DNA of 64,000 bases, from the NCBI GenBank assembly GCA_050287085.1, contig JBNKBE010000004.1, forward strand, positions 254,722-318,721, in the 5' to 3' direction. The notes under the pieces were generated by a model. The model had not been told where the DNA came from. It saw only the letters and a list, made by a program, of their open reading frames with translations, and made no database searches. The position numbers and the translations under genes were made by a program. The DNA is from Polyangiaceae bacterium (GTDB taxonomy: Bacteria; Myxococcota_A; Polyangia; Polyangiales; Polyangiaceae). Positions 1 through 9,700 of the stretch are shown piece by piece. The number at the start of each line of letters is the position of its first letter. The first letter of the stretch is position 1.

Positions 1-270
1 GCCAAGAAGGCCAAAGACGCCGAGCGCCTGAAGAAGGCTCAGGAAGCTGAAAAGGTCAAGAAGGCCAAAGACGCCGAGGCTGCCAAGCGGGCCAAAGAGG
101 CCGAAAAAGCCAAGAAGGCCAAAGACGCTGAACGTCTGAAGAAGGCCCGCGAAGCCGAAAAGGCCAAGAAGGCTCGGGAGGCCGAAAAAGCCAAGAAGGC
201 CAAAGACGCTGAACGCCTGAAGAAGGCCCGCGAAGCCGAAAAGGCCAAGAAGACCAAAGACGCTGAGAAG
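1..270 (+). repeat. Imperfect coding tandem repeats (AEKAKKAKDAERLKKARE-like units)
   Basis: Recurrent gccaagaaggccaaagacgc and gccgaaaa(a/g)gccaag blocks. Confidence 0.85.
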
Positions 271-1764
271 ATCCGCCTAGCGAAAGAGGCGGAAAGAAAA
301 GAAGAAGCAGAGCGTCGGCAGAAGGCTGAGGCGGCTCGCAAGGAACAAGCCGATGCAGAACGGGCGCGCAAGGCGGCTGAGAAAGCGGCCGTAGAGGCGG
401 AACGCAACCGGGAGCGCGAGGCCAAAGAAGCTGAGCGCGAAAGCCTGCGTGCCGCGCGCGAACAAGACCGCGCTCGCAAGCGTGAAGAGGCGTTGAAGGC
501 CAAAGCCGAGACGCAAACGGCTCGCCTTCTAGCCAAGGAGCAGGAGCGCGAGGCCAAGGCCCTGGAGCGCGAGCGACTCAAGGCGGAACGCGCGGCCGAA
601 CGCGAGCGACTCAAGGCGGAGCGCGCTGCCGAAAAGGAGCAACAGCGACGCGAGCGTGAAGAAGCTCGTGAACGCTTGCGCAAGGAGAAGGAAGAGGCTC
701 GCTCGGCCTATCGCAAGGCCAAGGAGCAGGAGCAGATGCGTCTCCGTGCCGAGCGAGAGGCAGTGCGGCGTGCCCTAGAGGGGCGTGTTGCCAAGCACAC
801 GACGCGCGCGCGAAACGGCGGGGCGCGGCCGGGCACTAGCACGCGCGTGTATCGACCGACTTCGGTACCGGATCAGTCAGGGACTCGCGTGGGTGGGGCT
901 TCGACCAATAAGTTTGCGAATCTGCCCAGTCTCGCTCCTCGAGCCGAGCTTCCGTCGCGGCCGCGACCGGCCACCCTCCCCCCGCCTCCCCCACCGCCGC
1001 GGCCCAAGACCTTCGAGGCGCGCCACTCGCTTATCCAGAAGCGTATGGAGACGGTCGATCCGTCATTTCGGCAGGACTACGAGGAAAGCTTCTTGATGTC
1101 GTGGATCTTCCACGACAGTGCTCTCGAAGGTGTGGTCTACACGTACGACGAGCTTCGCACGGGGATCAGTCCGAATCTCAACATGGTGCCAGAGTCGAGT
1201 TTGCAGTCGGTCTGTGACAACATCCGTCGACATCGCGATGCGATTCAACTGGTTCACGATCTGGGACAGCAGCGTCGAGAACCTTTGACCCTCGATGTGC
1301 TCAAGCAGCTCTACGTGACCCTTCATCCTGAGGAGGGCACCGTGGAGACGGTGCAATATCGCAAGGAGCTACCCCAGCACCGCCTGTACTTTCACGAGTA
1401 CGGAGCGCCCGAAAAGATCTCGGAGTTAGTAGACGGGGTGTTTACCTGGTTGCAGGGGCCCGAGCCCGGCAAGCTGAAGGATCCGCTCAAGGTCGCGGCG
1501 CGCATTCACTACGATTTGCTGCGCGCCTTCCCCTTCGACAAGGATACAGGCAAGGTGGTTCGCCTGTTCATGAACGTTTGGCTACTGCGCAACGATCATC
1601 CGCCAGCGATTGTGCATTCAGCTGAGCGTCAACGCTACTACGAGGCCCTTAAGAGCAGCTTGTCGACGCTGACCTCGATGCTTCGAGAGGCCGTAGACAA
1701 CGCGCTGATGAGCATTGAAAAGAAGCTCGACGAGCGGGAAACACGCCACCGGGCGATCATCTAG
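1..1764 (+). CDS. Fic-domain protein (degenerate active site) with long Lys/Ala/Glu/Arg-rich repetitive N-terminus; 5'-truncated by the window edge
   Basis: Frame 1 is open from base 1 (AKKAKDAERLKK...) into ORF 493-1764. The C-terminal part has WIFHDSALEG (alpha-inh-like) and HYDLLRAFPFDKDTGKVVRL, which aligns with the Fic motif HPFxDGNGRxxR. Confidence 0.8.
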   Translation, partial: AKKAKDAERLKKAQEAEKVKKAKDAEAAKRAKEAEKAKKAKDAERLKKAREAEKAKKAREAEKAKKAKDAERLKKAREAEKAKKTKDAEKIRLAKEAERKEEAERRQKAEAARKEQADAERARKAAEKAAVEAERNREREAKEAERESLRAAREQDRARKREEALKAKAETQTARLLAKEQEREAKALERERLKAERAAERERLKAERAAEKEQQRREREEARERLRKEKEEARSAYRKAKEQEQMRLRAEREAVRRALEGRVAKHTTRARNGGARPGTSTRVYRPTSVPDQSGTRVGGASTNKFANLPSLAPRAELPSRPRPATLPPPPPPPRPKTFEARHSLIQKRMETVDPSFRQDYEESFLMSWIFHDSALEGVVYTYDELRTGISPNLNMVPESSLQSVCDNIRRHRDAIQLVHDLGQQRREPLTLDVLKQLYVTLHPEEGTVETVQYRKELPQHRLYFHEYGAPEKISELVDGVFTWLQGPEPGKLKDPLKVAARIHYDLLRAFPFDKDTGKVVRLFMNVWLLRNDHPPAIVHSAERQRYYEALKSSLSTLTSMLREAVDNALMSIEKKLDERETRHRAII

Positions 1765-1815
1765 CTGACGGACGACCGGGGTCGTTGGGACTGTCGAACT
1801 GGCCACCCCAAGGAG

Positions 1816-3177
1816 TCAAGGTCGGCCGGCGAGAGCCTCGTACCCGGTGGCCACCGCAAGTTCCGCGAAAGCCAGGCGATAGTCCAGCGTGGCGCTCATC
1901 AGTTGGAAGCGCTTGAGCGCGTATTCTTTTGCCGGCGTGATGACTTCGTCCGTCTCGTAGGCACCGATGTCGAGCCCCTGTTGCACCGTGATAAGCCAAC
2001 GCCGGGCGTATTCGACCGCTTCGTGATAGGCCTGATAGCGTTCTTGCATCATGACGACCTTATCGTAGGCGACTTCTACCTCGCGCAAGACACCGCCCAG
2101 CGCGTAGCGCTGAACGGCTTGGGCCTCGGCCAACTGCGCGTCCAGTCGCTGAACGCGCGCGTGGTTCGGAACGAAGTCTAGCTTCCAGCGCAAGCCCAAT
2201 GCGACGCCGTAGCGAAGAAAGTTGCCAGGATCGCGCACGTAGGGGTTGAGCTGATCGGCGATCTCCGGGGCCTGTGACCAGCTTCCGCTGAAGGTCAGAC
2301 CGATGTCCGGATAATAGGAGGCGTTTTGCGCTGCCAGTTGGGCCGTACGAGCGCGGACGCCCTTGGCCGCCATGCGAAGCTCGGGTCGGTAGAGGCGGGC
2401 GGCCGTGAGATAGTGCTCCAAAGGAAGCAGGGTGTGGTCAGGCGGGGCCAGAGGCTGATCGACGACATCTACGGAGCCAGTGGCCCCGACCAAGACGCGC
2501 AAACCCGAGAGCGCGACCATCCGTTGATGGCGCGCCTCACCTTCCCGGGCCCGGAGCTCTGAACGATGCATGCGCATCTTAAAAAGACTGACCTCGTCGG
2601 CCCGCTCCTCTTGCACGTCGATTTCGAGCTGAGAGAGGTGCTTGTCGATGCGGCGCGCAGCGTCCTGTACGAGCAGCTGAGCGTCCCGTGCCGCCATGGC
2701 CCCGAAGTAAGCTTTCTTTACCGACATGGCGAGCTCAGCCTGGACCTTGCGCGCCTCTTCCTCTTTGACCGCTACCCCTGCCTCGGCGGCCGCCACCGTG
2801 TTGGTGATCTTGCCGAACGTCCACAGCGGAATCGTTCCGTCGACGCTTGCTTGCCAGCCGAGGGCTAAGCTGCGTGTTAGCGCCACATCCGTATTGGGAC
2901 TGTAGATGCTTGTGCCGCGGAGTGTGGGGGCGACCGCGATGCCCGCGGTGGTGCTGAATTGACTGAACGGCGTGCTCCACGCTTCGGCGAGCTGGGCCCG
3001 TGCCTGCGCAATTTTGGCTCGCGCTTCGCTAACGGATGGGTAGCGGGCCCGCGCGAGCGCCAGGGCGGCATCCAAGGTTAGGACCTGTCCGTTTGCCGGA
3101 GCGCGCAACTCCGCACTGGCGCGTGTGTTCAGACACAGAGCCACAAGGACGATCGATGCGGCAAGGACCCGTCGCAC
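1816..3177 (-). CDS. TolC-family outer-membrane efflux protein
   Basis: Signal peptide, LTLDAALALA start, two OEP-like repeats (IPLWTFGK; SYYPDIGL) and amphipathic helices. Confidence 0.85.
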   Translation of the reverse strand: MRRVLAASIVLVALCLNTRASAELRAPANGQVLTLDAALALARARYPSVSEARAKIAQARAQLAEAWSTPFSQFSTTAGIAVAPTLRGTSIYSPNTDVALTRSLALGWQASVDGTIPLWTFGKITNTVAAAEAGVAVKEEEARKVQAELAMSVKKAYFGAMAARDAQLLVQDAARRIDKHLSQLEIDVQEERADEVSLFKMRMHRSELRAREGEARHQRMVALSGLRVLVGATGSVDVVDQPLAPPDHTLLPLEHYLTAARLYRPELRMAAKGVRARTAQLAAQNASYYPDIGLTFSGSWSQAPEIADQLNPYVRDPGNFLRYGVALGLRWKLDFVPNHARVQRLDAQLAEAQAVQRYALGGVLREVEVAYDKVVMMQERYQAYHEAVEYARRWLITVQQGLDIGAYETDEVITPAKEYALKRFQLMSATLDYRLAFAELAVATGYEALAGRP

Positions 3178-3426
3178 GGCGGTGGTCTAGCAAAATCCTA
3201 GGGTAGACACCAATGCCCAGCGCCTCGTCTCCGTCTCGCTCGGAGAAGCAGGGAGCGAGCTTGCTCACTCCCTGCGCTTTCGGTTTCGGCCGGTTGGAGG
3301 GGTTTCGCTTTGGGGGGCCGGTTGCAGCGTTGCCTTGCTGAGACCTCCGGACGACTGCCGGGGCAGCGGTTTCGAGACCGGGATGGGCGAATTTCGCAGA
3401 GGCGTTGACCCAATGCTTTTCGAACT

Positions 3427-3455
3427 CGTCAAGCTCCCATCTCATATCTCATAGT
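3427..3455 (+). promoter_or_regulatory. Putative sigma70-type promoter for the structured RNA
   Basis: TCGTCA (3427-3432), 17-nt spacer, CATAGT (3450-3455); 4/6 match at each hexamer; about 10 nt upstream of the RNA closing stem. Confidence 0.4.
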
Positions 3456-3465
3456 GCGCCGGCTC

Positions 3466-3671
3466 GGGTGACGTGGCTGCACGGCCTGGTGGGAGGGCTT
3501 GCAATCGCCGCAAGAGCCCGACGCTCGTCACCGCGACTCGGGTGTTTAGCTTAAGCCGGCGCCTGTTTCTGTGCCGGGGCTCCAGCACAACTTGGCTGAG
3601 TCCGGTGGCGTAGCGCCGAACCGACTATGCCCATCGAGGTTGGGCCCCGTCTAACGGGGGCTGCGTCACCC
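3466..3671 (+). ncRNA. Predicted ~206-nt rod-like structured RNA of unassigned class (6S-like size and shape)
   Basis: Nested helices folded by hand: 3466-3477/3660-3671, 3483-3493/3630-3641, 3523-3533/3603-3614, 3535-3541/3596-3602, 3542-3546/3584-3588, 3548-3551/3578-3581, 3556-3562/3571-3577. Side hairpins at 3495-3519 and 3645-3659. About 10 G-U pairs, all on the + strand. Confidence 0.65.
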
Positions 3672-5131
3672 TACTCTTCGCGCCAGGCCACCCCGGCGCG
3701 TTTGACCGCCCGGCGGAAGTTCGAGCGATCGAGTCCGGCTTGCCTCGCCGCTTCCGAGACGTTGGACTGAGTCCGGGACCGAAGTGAAGAAAAGTAGTGT
3801 CGCTCAAAGGCCGCCACCGCCCGGGCTTTGGCCTCGCGATAAGGCAATTCGACAAGTCCGTCCGGGAGTCGGGTCCCTTCCGCAGCCCCGTTGCTGCCGT
3901 CCAAGGCGGATAGCGTCGCTTCGAGCGGACTGACCAGGGGGTCACCGAGCCCGAGGTGGTCGGGGAGAATTTCGTCTTTGGCGAAAACGACGGCCCGCTC
4001 TACGGCGTTCTCAAGCTCTCGTACATTGCCGGGCCACGGTTGAGTGCACAAGAGCTCCAGCGCTTCTCGTGAGATTGCATCCACGCTATGGCCGACGCGA
4101 GCCGAATGCTTCTTCAGAAAGTGATAAGCCAGAGCCGGGATGTCGGTCCTGCGGTCGCGTAGAGACGGTAGCGTGATGGCGACGACATTGAGCCGATAGT
4201 ACAGATCTTCTCTGAAGCGGCCTTCCTCGATTTTCTTGCGCAGATCCACATTGGTCGCCGCGATGACCCTGACGTCCACTTTGCGGGTTTCATTGGAGCC
4301 AACGCGCTTGACTTCACCCTCCTGTAACGTACGAAGCAGCTTAACCTGGGCCTGCTGAGGTAAGTCGCCTACCTCGTCGAGAAAGATGGTCCCCTGATTG
4401 GCGGCCTCAAAGAGACCCGAGCGGGGGCTTGTGGCGTTGGTGAAGGCGCCTTTGACATGACCAAAGAGCTCGCTCTCCACTACGCCCTCAGGGATGGCAG
4501 AGCAGTTGACGGGGATGAAGGGCCGGCTGCGCCGTTCTGAACGCTCGTGGATGGCGCGAGCCGTGAGTTCTTTGCCGGTGCCACTTTCTCCCAGAATGAG
4601 AACGGTGGCGCGCGTTGCCGCCACGCCCACGACGTTGCGGTAGACCGCGCGCATCGCCGGCGAAGTCCCGATCATTCCGCCGAAGCCCTTGTCCTCACCC
4701 TCCTCCACGCGGTGCGGTACCGTTACGTGGGCGCTGGCGCGCCGCTTAGCGGCCGCCCGCTCGATACTGCGCTCCAGGTCGTCATTCGAGAAAGGCTTGG
4801 TGATGAAGTCGAAAGCACCGGCCTGCACTACCTTGACCGCTGTCTCGACGTCGCCGAAGGCAGTCATCATTACGACCTCGATATCGGGATACGCCGTACG
4901 AGCCCGTTTCAGCAGTTCAAACCCCGCAAGCCGGGGCATCATCAAGTCGACGAGCGCGACGTCTATCGCCTCAGTGCCCAGCATTTCGAGTGCTCGCAGG
5001 CCATCCTCGGCTACGTGCACCTTCATCCCGCGAGCAAGCAACATGCGCGCGACGCTTCGTCTCAGCGCCGGCTCGTCATCAGCGACCAGGACCGAGATGT
5101 CGCGTGGTGGATCCAGGGAAAGATGTGCCAC
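3671..5131 (-). CDS. Sigma54-dependent response regulator (NtrC/AtoC family: REC + AAA+ + Fis HTH)
   Basis: REC domain (VLVADDE, DLMMP, FITKP), Walker A GESGTGKE, ESELFGHVKGAFTNA, FLDEV, WPGNVRELEN and a C-terminal HTH (NVSEAARQAGLDRSNF). Confidence 0.95.
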   Translation of the reverse strand: MAHLSLDPPRDISVLVADDEPALRRSVARMLLARGMKVHVAEDGLRALEMLGTEAIDVALVDLMMPRLAGFELLKRARTAYPDIEVVMMTAFGDVETAVKVVQAGAFDFITKPFSNDDLERSIERAAAKRRASAHVTVPHRVEEGEDKGFGGMIGTSPAMRAVYRNVVGVAATRATVLILGESGTGKELTARAIHERSERRSRPFIPVNCSAIPEGVVESELFGHVKGAFTNATSPRSGLFEAANQGTIFLDEVGDLPQQAQVKLLRTLQEGEVKRVGSNETRKVDVRVIAATNVDLRKKIEEGRFREDLYYRLNVVAITLPSLRDRRTDIPALAYHFLKKHSARVGHSVDAISREALELLCTQPWPGNVRELENAVERAVVFAKDEILPDHLGLGDPLVSPLEATLSALDGSNGAAEGTRLPDGLVELPYREAKARAVAAFERHYFSSLRSRTQSNVSEAARQAGLDRSNFRRAVKRAGVAWREE

Positions 5132-5602
5132 TTGATTACCTCACACCGGCGCTCTCATGCGACGACAAAACGAGGGGCGTTCGCGCGCTGATGCCCGCTC
5201 CCCTCACCCTACGAACCCACCCTCCGGCTCCGGCAGATAAACTCCGGTTCCGGGGAGCGGCCCGTGCCGTCCGCATCACAACGCTGCTAGTTCTGTCACA
5301 CGTCAATGTTGAGTGCGCCCCCCGGCGCTCGTCGAATCGCCCGCCCCCGAGATCGGGACGCTTTGGCACCACCGACCTCACTCGTGAGCGTTTGCGAGCC
5401 TAGCGGAGATGAAGCGCGAGAGCGAGAATTCTGAACAACAAAAACCCAGCATCAATTGTTCAGTGGGGCATATCTTACCTAGTCCTACTGCTCATGAGTC
5501 CCGCATCTGTCCGGGGGTTTCAGGGCCAAGTCCGCCCAAGGCAAGCTCGACGTGCGCAGGGGATTGAATTCAGACTCGCGTTGGAGTAGAAATCGCGCAC
5601 TC

Positions 5603-5992
5603 ATGAGCGGCAGCGGAAACACTGAGATCAACGCACTCGTGGGACGCGGCACCCAATTCGACGGCAAACTTCATTTCGAAGGTTGCGTTCGGGTTGACGG
5701 AACGCTCTCGGGTGAAGTGCTCAGCGACGGCACGCTAATCATTGGAGAAAGCGCGGTCGTGGAAGGCGACATCCTCGCCGGCACCGTGATCATCCGCGGT
5801 GGCACGGTGACGGCCAACGTCCGTGCAACGCGGTCGATTGAGCTCTACGTACCGGCGGTCGTGACCGGAAACCTCCTAGCTCCTGAGATCTTCATCGACA
5901 AAGGTGTGCGCTTCTCGGGCAACTGCGTCATGGGCGCGGTGGACACGGACGAAGAGACCGGGCTACCGCGAGACAATCACGGCAAGCTCTGA
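5603..5992 (+). CDS. Bactofilin (polymer-forming cytoskeletal protein)
   Basis: INALVGRGTQFDGKLHFEGCVRVDG...LIIGESAVVEGDI...GVRFSGNCVM beta-helix pattern; ATG at 5603. Confidence 0.9.
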   Translation: MSGSGNTEINALVGRGTQFDGKLHFEGCVRVDGTLSGEVLSDGTLIIGESAVVEGDILAGTVIIRGGTVTANVRATRSIELYVPAVVTGNLLAPEIFIDKGVRFSGNCVMGAVDTDEETGLPRDNHGKL

Positions 5993-6663
5993 AGAGGGCT
6001 GCGTCTCCGTGGCAAGGTGTCACAACAGACGGGCCCCGGGTTGCGTCCTTTCAACCAGCGAGCTGGTTGCTACGATAAGCCAAGAAAACAGGGGGTCTTC
6101 AAACTGGGAGTTCCCCTACCGCGTCTCGTTGTGTATGAAGCTGGGTCGTGACCGTCGACGCCGAAAGACGCTCATGGTCCGCTCTTCCGACAACCCGTCC
6201 TCGCGTCGGTTTGTTTTTCCTGACTGTTTCTTCGAGGCGGGGTACCCCGGAACCCGGAGTTCCCTGCCCCACTCGAGCCCGGACGCCAAGACCGTATCGC
6301 AGTCACGAGTGCCATCCAGACGGCGCGTGTGGCGAGACAAGTTTGGAGTCCAAACGGAGTCCCGAATCACCTCATTGAGGTCGGGAGCCAAGGTGCGGGC
6401 GGGGATTGGACCCGACTTCTCCAACCGGGGCACCCGTGCGGTGCGGGGTTCGGGAAGCGGTCGTGCCACCGGCACCTCGACTCTCCCCCGCGGAACGCCC
6501 CCGTCGGACTCTGACGCAATAAACGAACTGAGAATGTCCAGCTACCTCGCACCATCGCGCTCCCCTCACCGCACCTCTCCGTGCTGGATTCACGCGCGGT
6601 AGCCCCAATTCTCTTCCTCTCCTCTCGGCTAGCTCATCTCGGCTAGCTCAGCTCGGCGCGGAC

Positions 6664-6678
6664 TGGCATCCTCCTGGC
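6664..6678 (+). promoter_or_regulatory. Possible sigma54 -24/-12 promoter for gltBD
   Basis: TGGCAT-N5-TGGC with correct GG-N10-GC spacing and one mismatch in TTGC; about 90 nt upstream of the gltB start. Confidence 0.3.
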
Positions 6679-6766
6679 CCCCGCGCCCGGAAAACGGGCC
6701 GCGCGACCTCGCCGGCCTCACCACTGAGCTCAGGCAGCTCGTATCACGCAGAAAGACCACCGCCTC

Positions 6767-9700
6767 ATGCCTATGCCCCCCAGTACCGGACTGTACGATC
6801 CCCGCTTTGAGCACGACGCCTGTGGCTTCGGCTTCGTAGCGGACATCAAGGGGCGCGCGTCCCACGAGATCGTGCGCAAGGGCATTCAGATCCTGGTCAA
6901 TCTAGTTCACCGCGGAGCTTGCGGCTGTGATCCGCTGACCGGAGACGGCGCTGGCTTGCTGCTGCAGATCCCCGATGAGTTTTTCCGGGCGAAGACGCGC
7001 GATCTCGGCATCGAGCTTCCACCGGTCGGACAGTACGGGGTCGGCTTTGTCTTTTTGCCGCGGGACCCGGTCAAACGTCGAGCCTGCGAGCAGACGCTGG
7101 AAGATCGAATCCTTGGCACTGGACAGAAGGTCCTCGGCTGGCGCGACGTGCCGGTGGATGAGCAGAAGTGCGGTACTCTGGCGCGCCAATCGATGCCGAC
7201 GATGCGGCAGATCTTCGTGGGTTCTACCTGCGCCGACCAGGATACGTTCGAGCGCAAGCTCTATGTCATTCGGAAGTGGGCAGAGAACACCGTGGCTCAG
7301 GAAGGCACGGGGGGGCACCTCTACTTGCCGAGCCTTTCTTCACGGACGATTGTCTACAAGGGGATGCTGCTGGCGGAGCAACTGGAGCAGTTCTATCTGG
7401 ATTTCGCCGACGAGAGCATGACCTCGGCGCTTGCGATGGTCCATCAGCGCTTCAGCACGAATACCTTCCCGGCATGGGAGCTCGCCCAGCCATTTCACCT
7501 TTTGTGTCACAACGGCGAAATCAACACGGTGCGCGGCAACGTCGCCTGGATGCGAGCGCGGGAGCAACTCTTTGAGGACGTGGGGTTTGGCGAGGATGCC
7601 GCCCATGTGCACCCCATCATCACACCGGATGCCAGTGACTCGGCGTCTCTCGATAACGCGGTTGAGGCTCTGTTTCATGGCGGTCGAGGCCTGCCCCACG
7701 TCATGATGATGTTGGTGCCGGAAGCGTGGCAACACGACCCCCTGATGACCCAGGAGAAGCGCGACTTCTACGAGTATCACTCGTGCTTGATGGAGCCCTG
7801 GGATGGGCCTGCCGCTCTCGCCTTCACGGACGGCCGCTGCATCGGAGCGATCTTGGACCGCAATGGACTTCGGCCCGCGCGCTGGCTTATCACCCAGGAC
7901 GACCTCGTCGTGATGGGCTCCGAAAGCGGCGTACTGGAGTTCAATCCGACGGACGTCGTGCGTCGTGGACGCTTGGAACCCGGCAAGATGTTCCTGGTCG
8001 ATCTCGAAGCAGGACAAGTGATCGAAGATGCCGCGATCAAGGGCCAGCTGGCCGCGCGCAAGCCGTACGGCGAATGGTTGAAGAACAATACCATCCGCAT
8101 TGCTGACCTGAATGCTCCCGGCTTGGCTGTACCGGAAGAGACGTTGCCGCTAACGCAATTGCAGCGCGTCTTCGGCTACACGCTAGAAGACCTGCGGCTC
8201 TTGATAGGGCCGATGGCGGCCAACGGGGCCGAAGCCACCGGGTCGATGGGAACGGACACACCGCTGGCCGTGTTGAGCGACGAGCCACAGCTGCTTTACA
8301 ACTACTTCAAGCAGCACTTTGCTCAGGTAACCAATCCTCCGATCGATCCGATCCGCGAAGAAATGGTCATGAGCCTTCGGACCTATATCGGACCTGAGGG
8401 TAACCTGCTTCAAGAGCTGCCGGATCAAGCACAACGTCTGGAACTACCCCATCCGATCATCACCAACGCCGATCTAGCGCGACTTCGGGAGGCGAACGTA
8501 TTTCAACAGCGTAAGCCGCCTACCCTGGAAATGCTCTACACGGTGGCGGATGGCGAAAAGGGCCTGAAGAAGTGCCTTGACGAGCTCTGTCGCCAGGCTT
8601 CGGTGGCCATCCAGGAGGAGCATAGTTTCGTCATCATCAGCGACCGAGGTGCGAGCGCCGAGCGGGCCCCTGTTCCGGCCCTGCTGGCTACGGCGGCAGT
8701 CCACCATCACCTGGTCCGTGCCGGAACACGGATGCGCATTGGCATCATCGTTGAAACGGGCGAGGCGCGTGAAGTTCATCACTTCTGCTTGCTGACGGGA
8801 TTCGGCGCGGGTGCCGTCAACCCTTACCTGGCCTTCGACACGATCTCAGACATGGTTCGCTCCGGTGCCCTTCCTGGGACCACCGACGTCGCCGCAGCCC
8901 AGGTTGCCTACACCAAGGCGATCAACAAGGGCATCAAGAAGGTGATGAGCAAGATGGGGATCAGCACGTTGCAGAGCTACTGTGGCGCGCAGATCTTCGA
9001 AGCTATCGGACTCGCTTCGGACCTCGTAGAGCGCTACTTCACCGGGACCGCGAGTCGCATATCCGGTCTCGGCCTGGATGGGCTGGCACAGGAGACATCG
9101 GTTCGCCACGCGCAGGCGTTTCCGCGGGGAGGCCGTCCGCAGCTGGGCCTGGGGGGCAACTACCATTTCCGCGCCCAGGGGGAACGTCACCTGTGGAGTC
9201 CGCGAGTGGTGGGCGCGCTTCAGCGGGCCGTCCGCCTCGAAGACGCGAAGAGCTACGAGGAGTACCGCGATCTGATCAACGATCAGGCGCGGGGGCCGAT
9301 CACACTGCGTGGCCTGCTCACCTTCCGTTCTTCGACGCGTTCGATTCCGTTGACGGAGGTTGAGCCGGCAAAGGAGATCGTGAAGCGTTTCACGACGGGA
9401 GCGATGAGTTTCGGCTCGATCAGTGCTGAAGCTCACGAAACGCTCGCGCTTGCGATGAATGAGATCGGCGGCAAGAGCAACACCGGCGAGGGTGGCGAGA
9501 AGCCAGACCGATTCCATGACGGCCGACGCAGTGCGATCAAGCAGGTTGCTTCCGGACGCTTCGGGGTAACCATCCATTATTTGGTTAATTCCGACGAGAT
9601 TCAAATCAAGATCGCGCAAGGGGCCAAGCCTGGTGAAGGTGGGCAGCTGCCAGGGCATAAGGTCAACGGTATCATCGCCAAGACCCGAAATTCGACGCCC

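Noticed and set aside
39..683. 214-aa Ser/Arg/Ala-rich minus-strand ORF
   Set aside because: Antisense shadow of the repetitive Fic N-terminus.
3029..3445. 138-aa minus-strand ORF
   Set aside because: It overlaps tolC out of frame and the predicted RNA promoter, with no recognisable motifs.
3466..3671. Retron msr-msd interpretation (terminal inverted repeats plus long hairpin)
   Set aside because: No reverse transcriptase is adjacent or anywhere in the window.
3466..3671. SRP RNA, RNase P RNA, tmRNA or tRNA
   Set aside because: No SRP GGAA-loop domain IV, no GAGGAAAGUCC, and no tRNA-like T-arm or acceptor geometry.
5904..6608. ORFs 5904-6602 (+) and 6116-6475 (-)
   Set aside because: Arg/Ser/Pro-rich composition typical of spurious GC-rich frames; no motifs.
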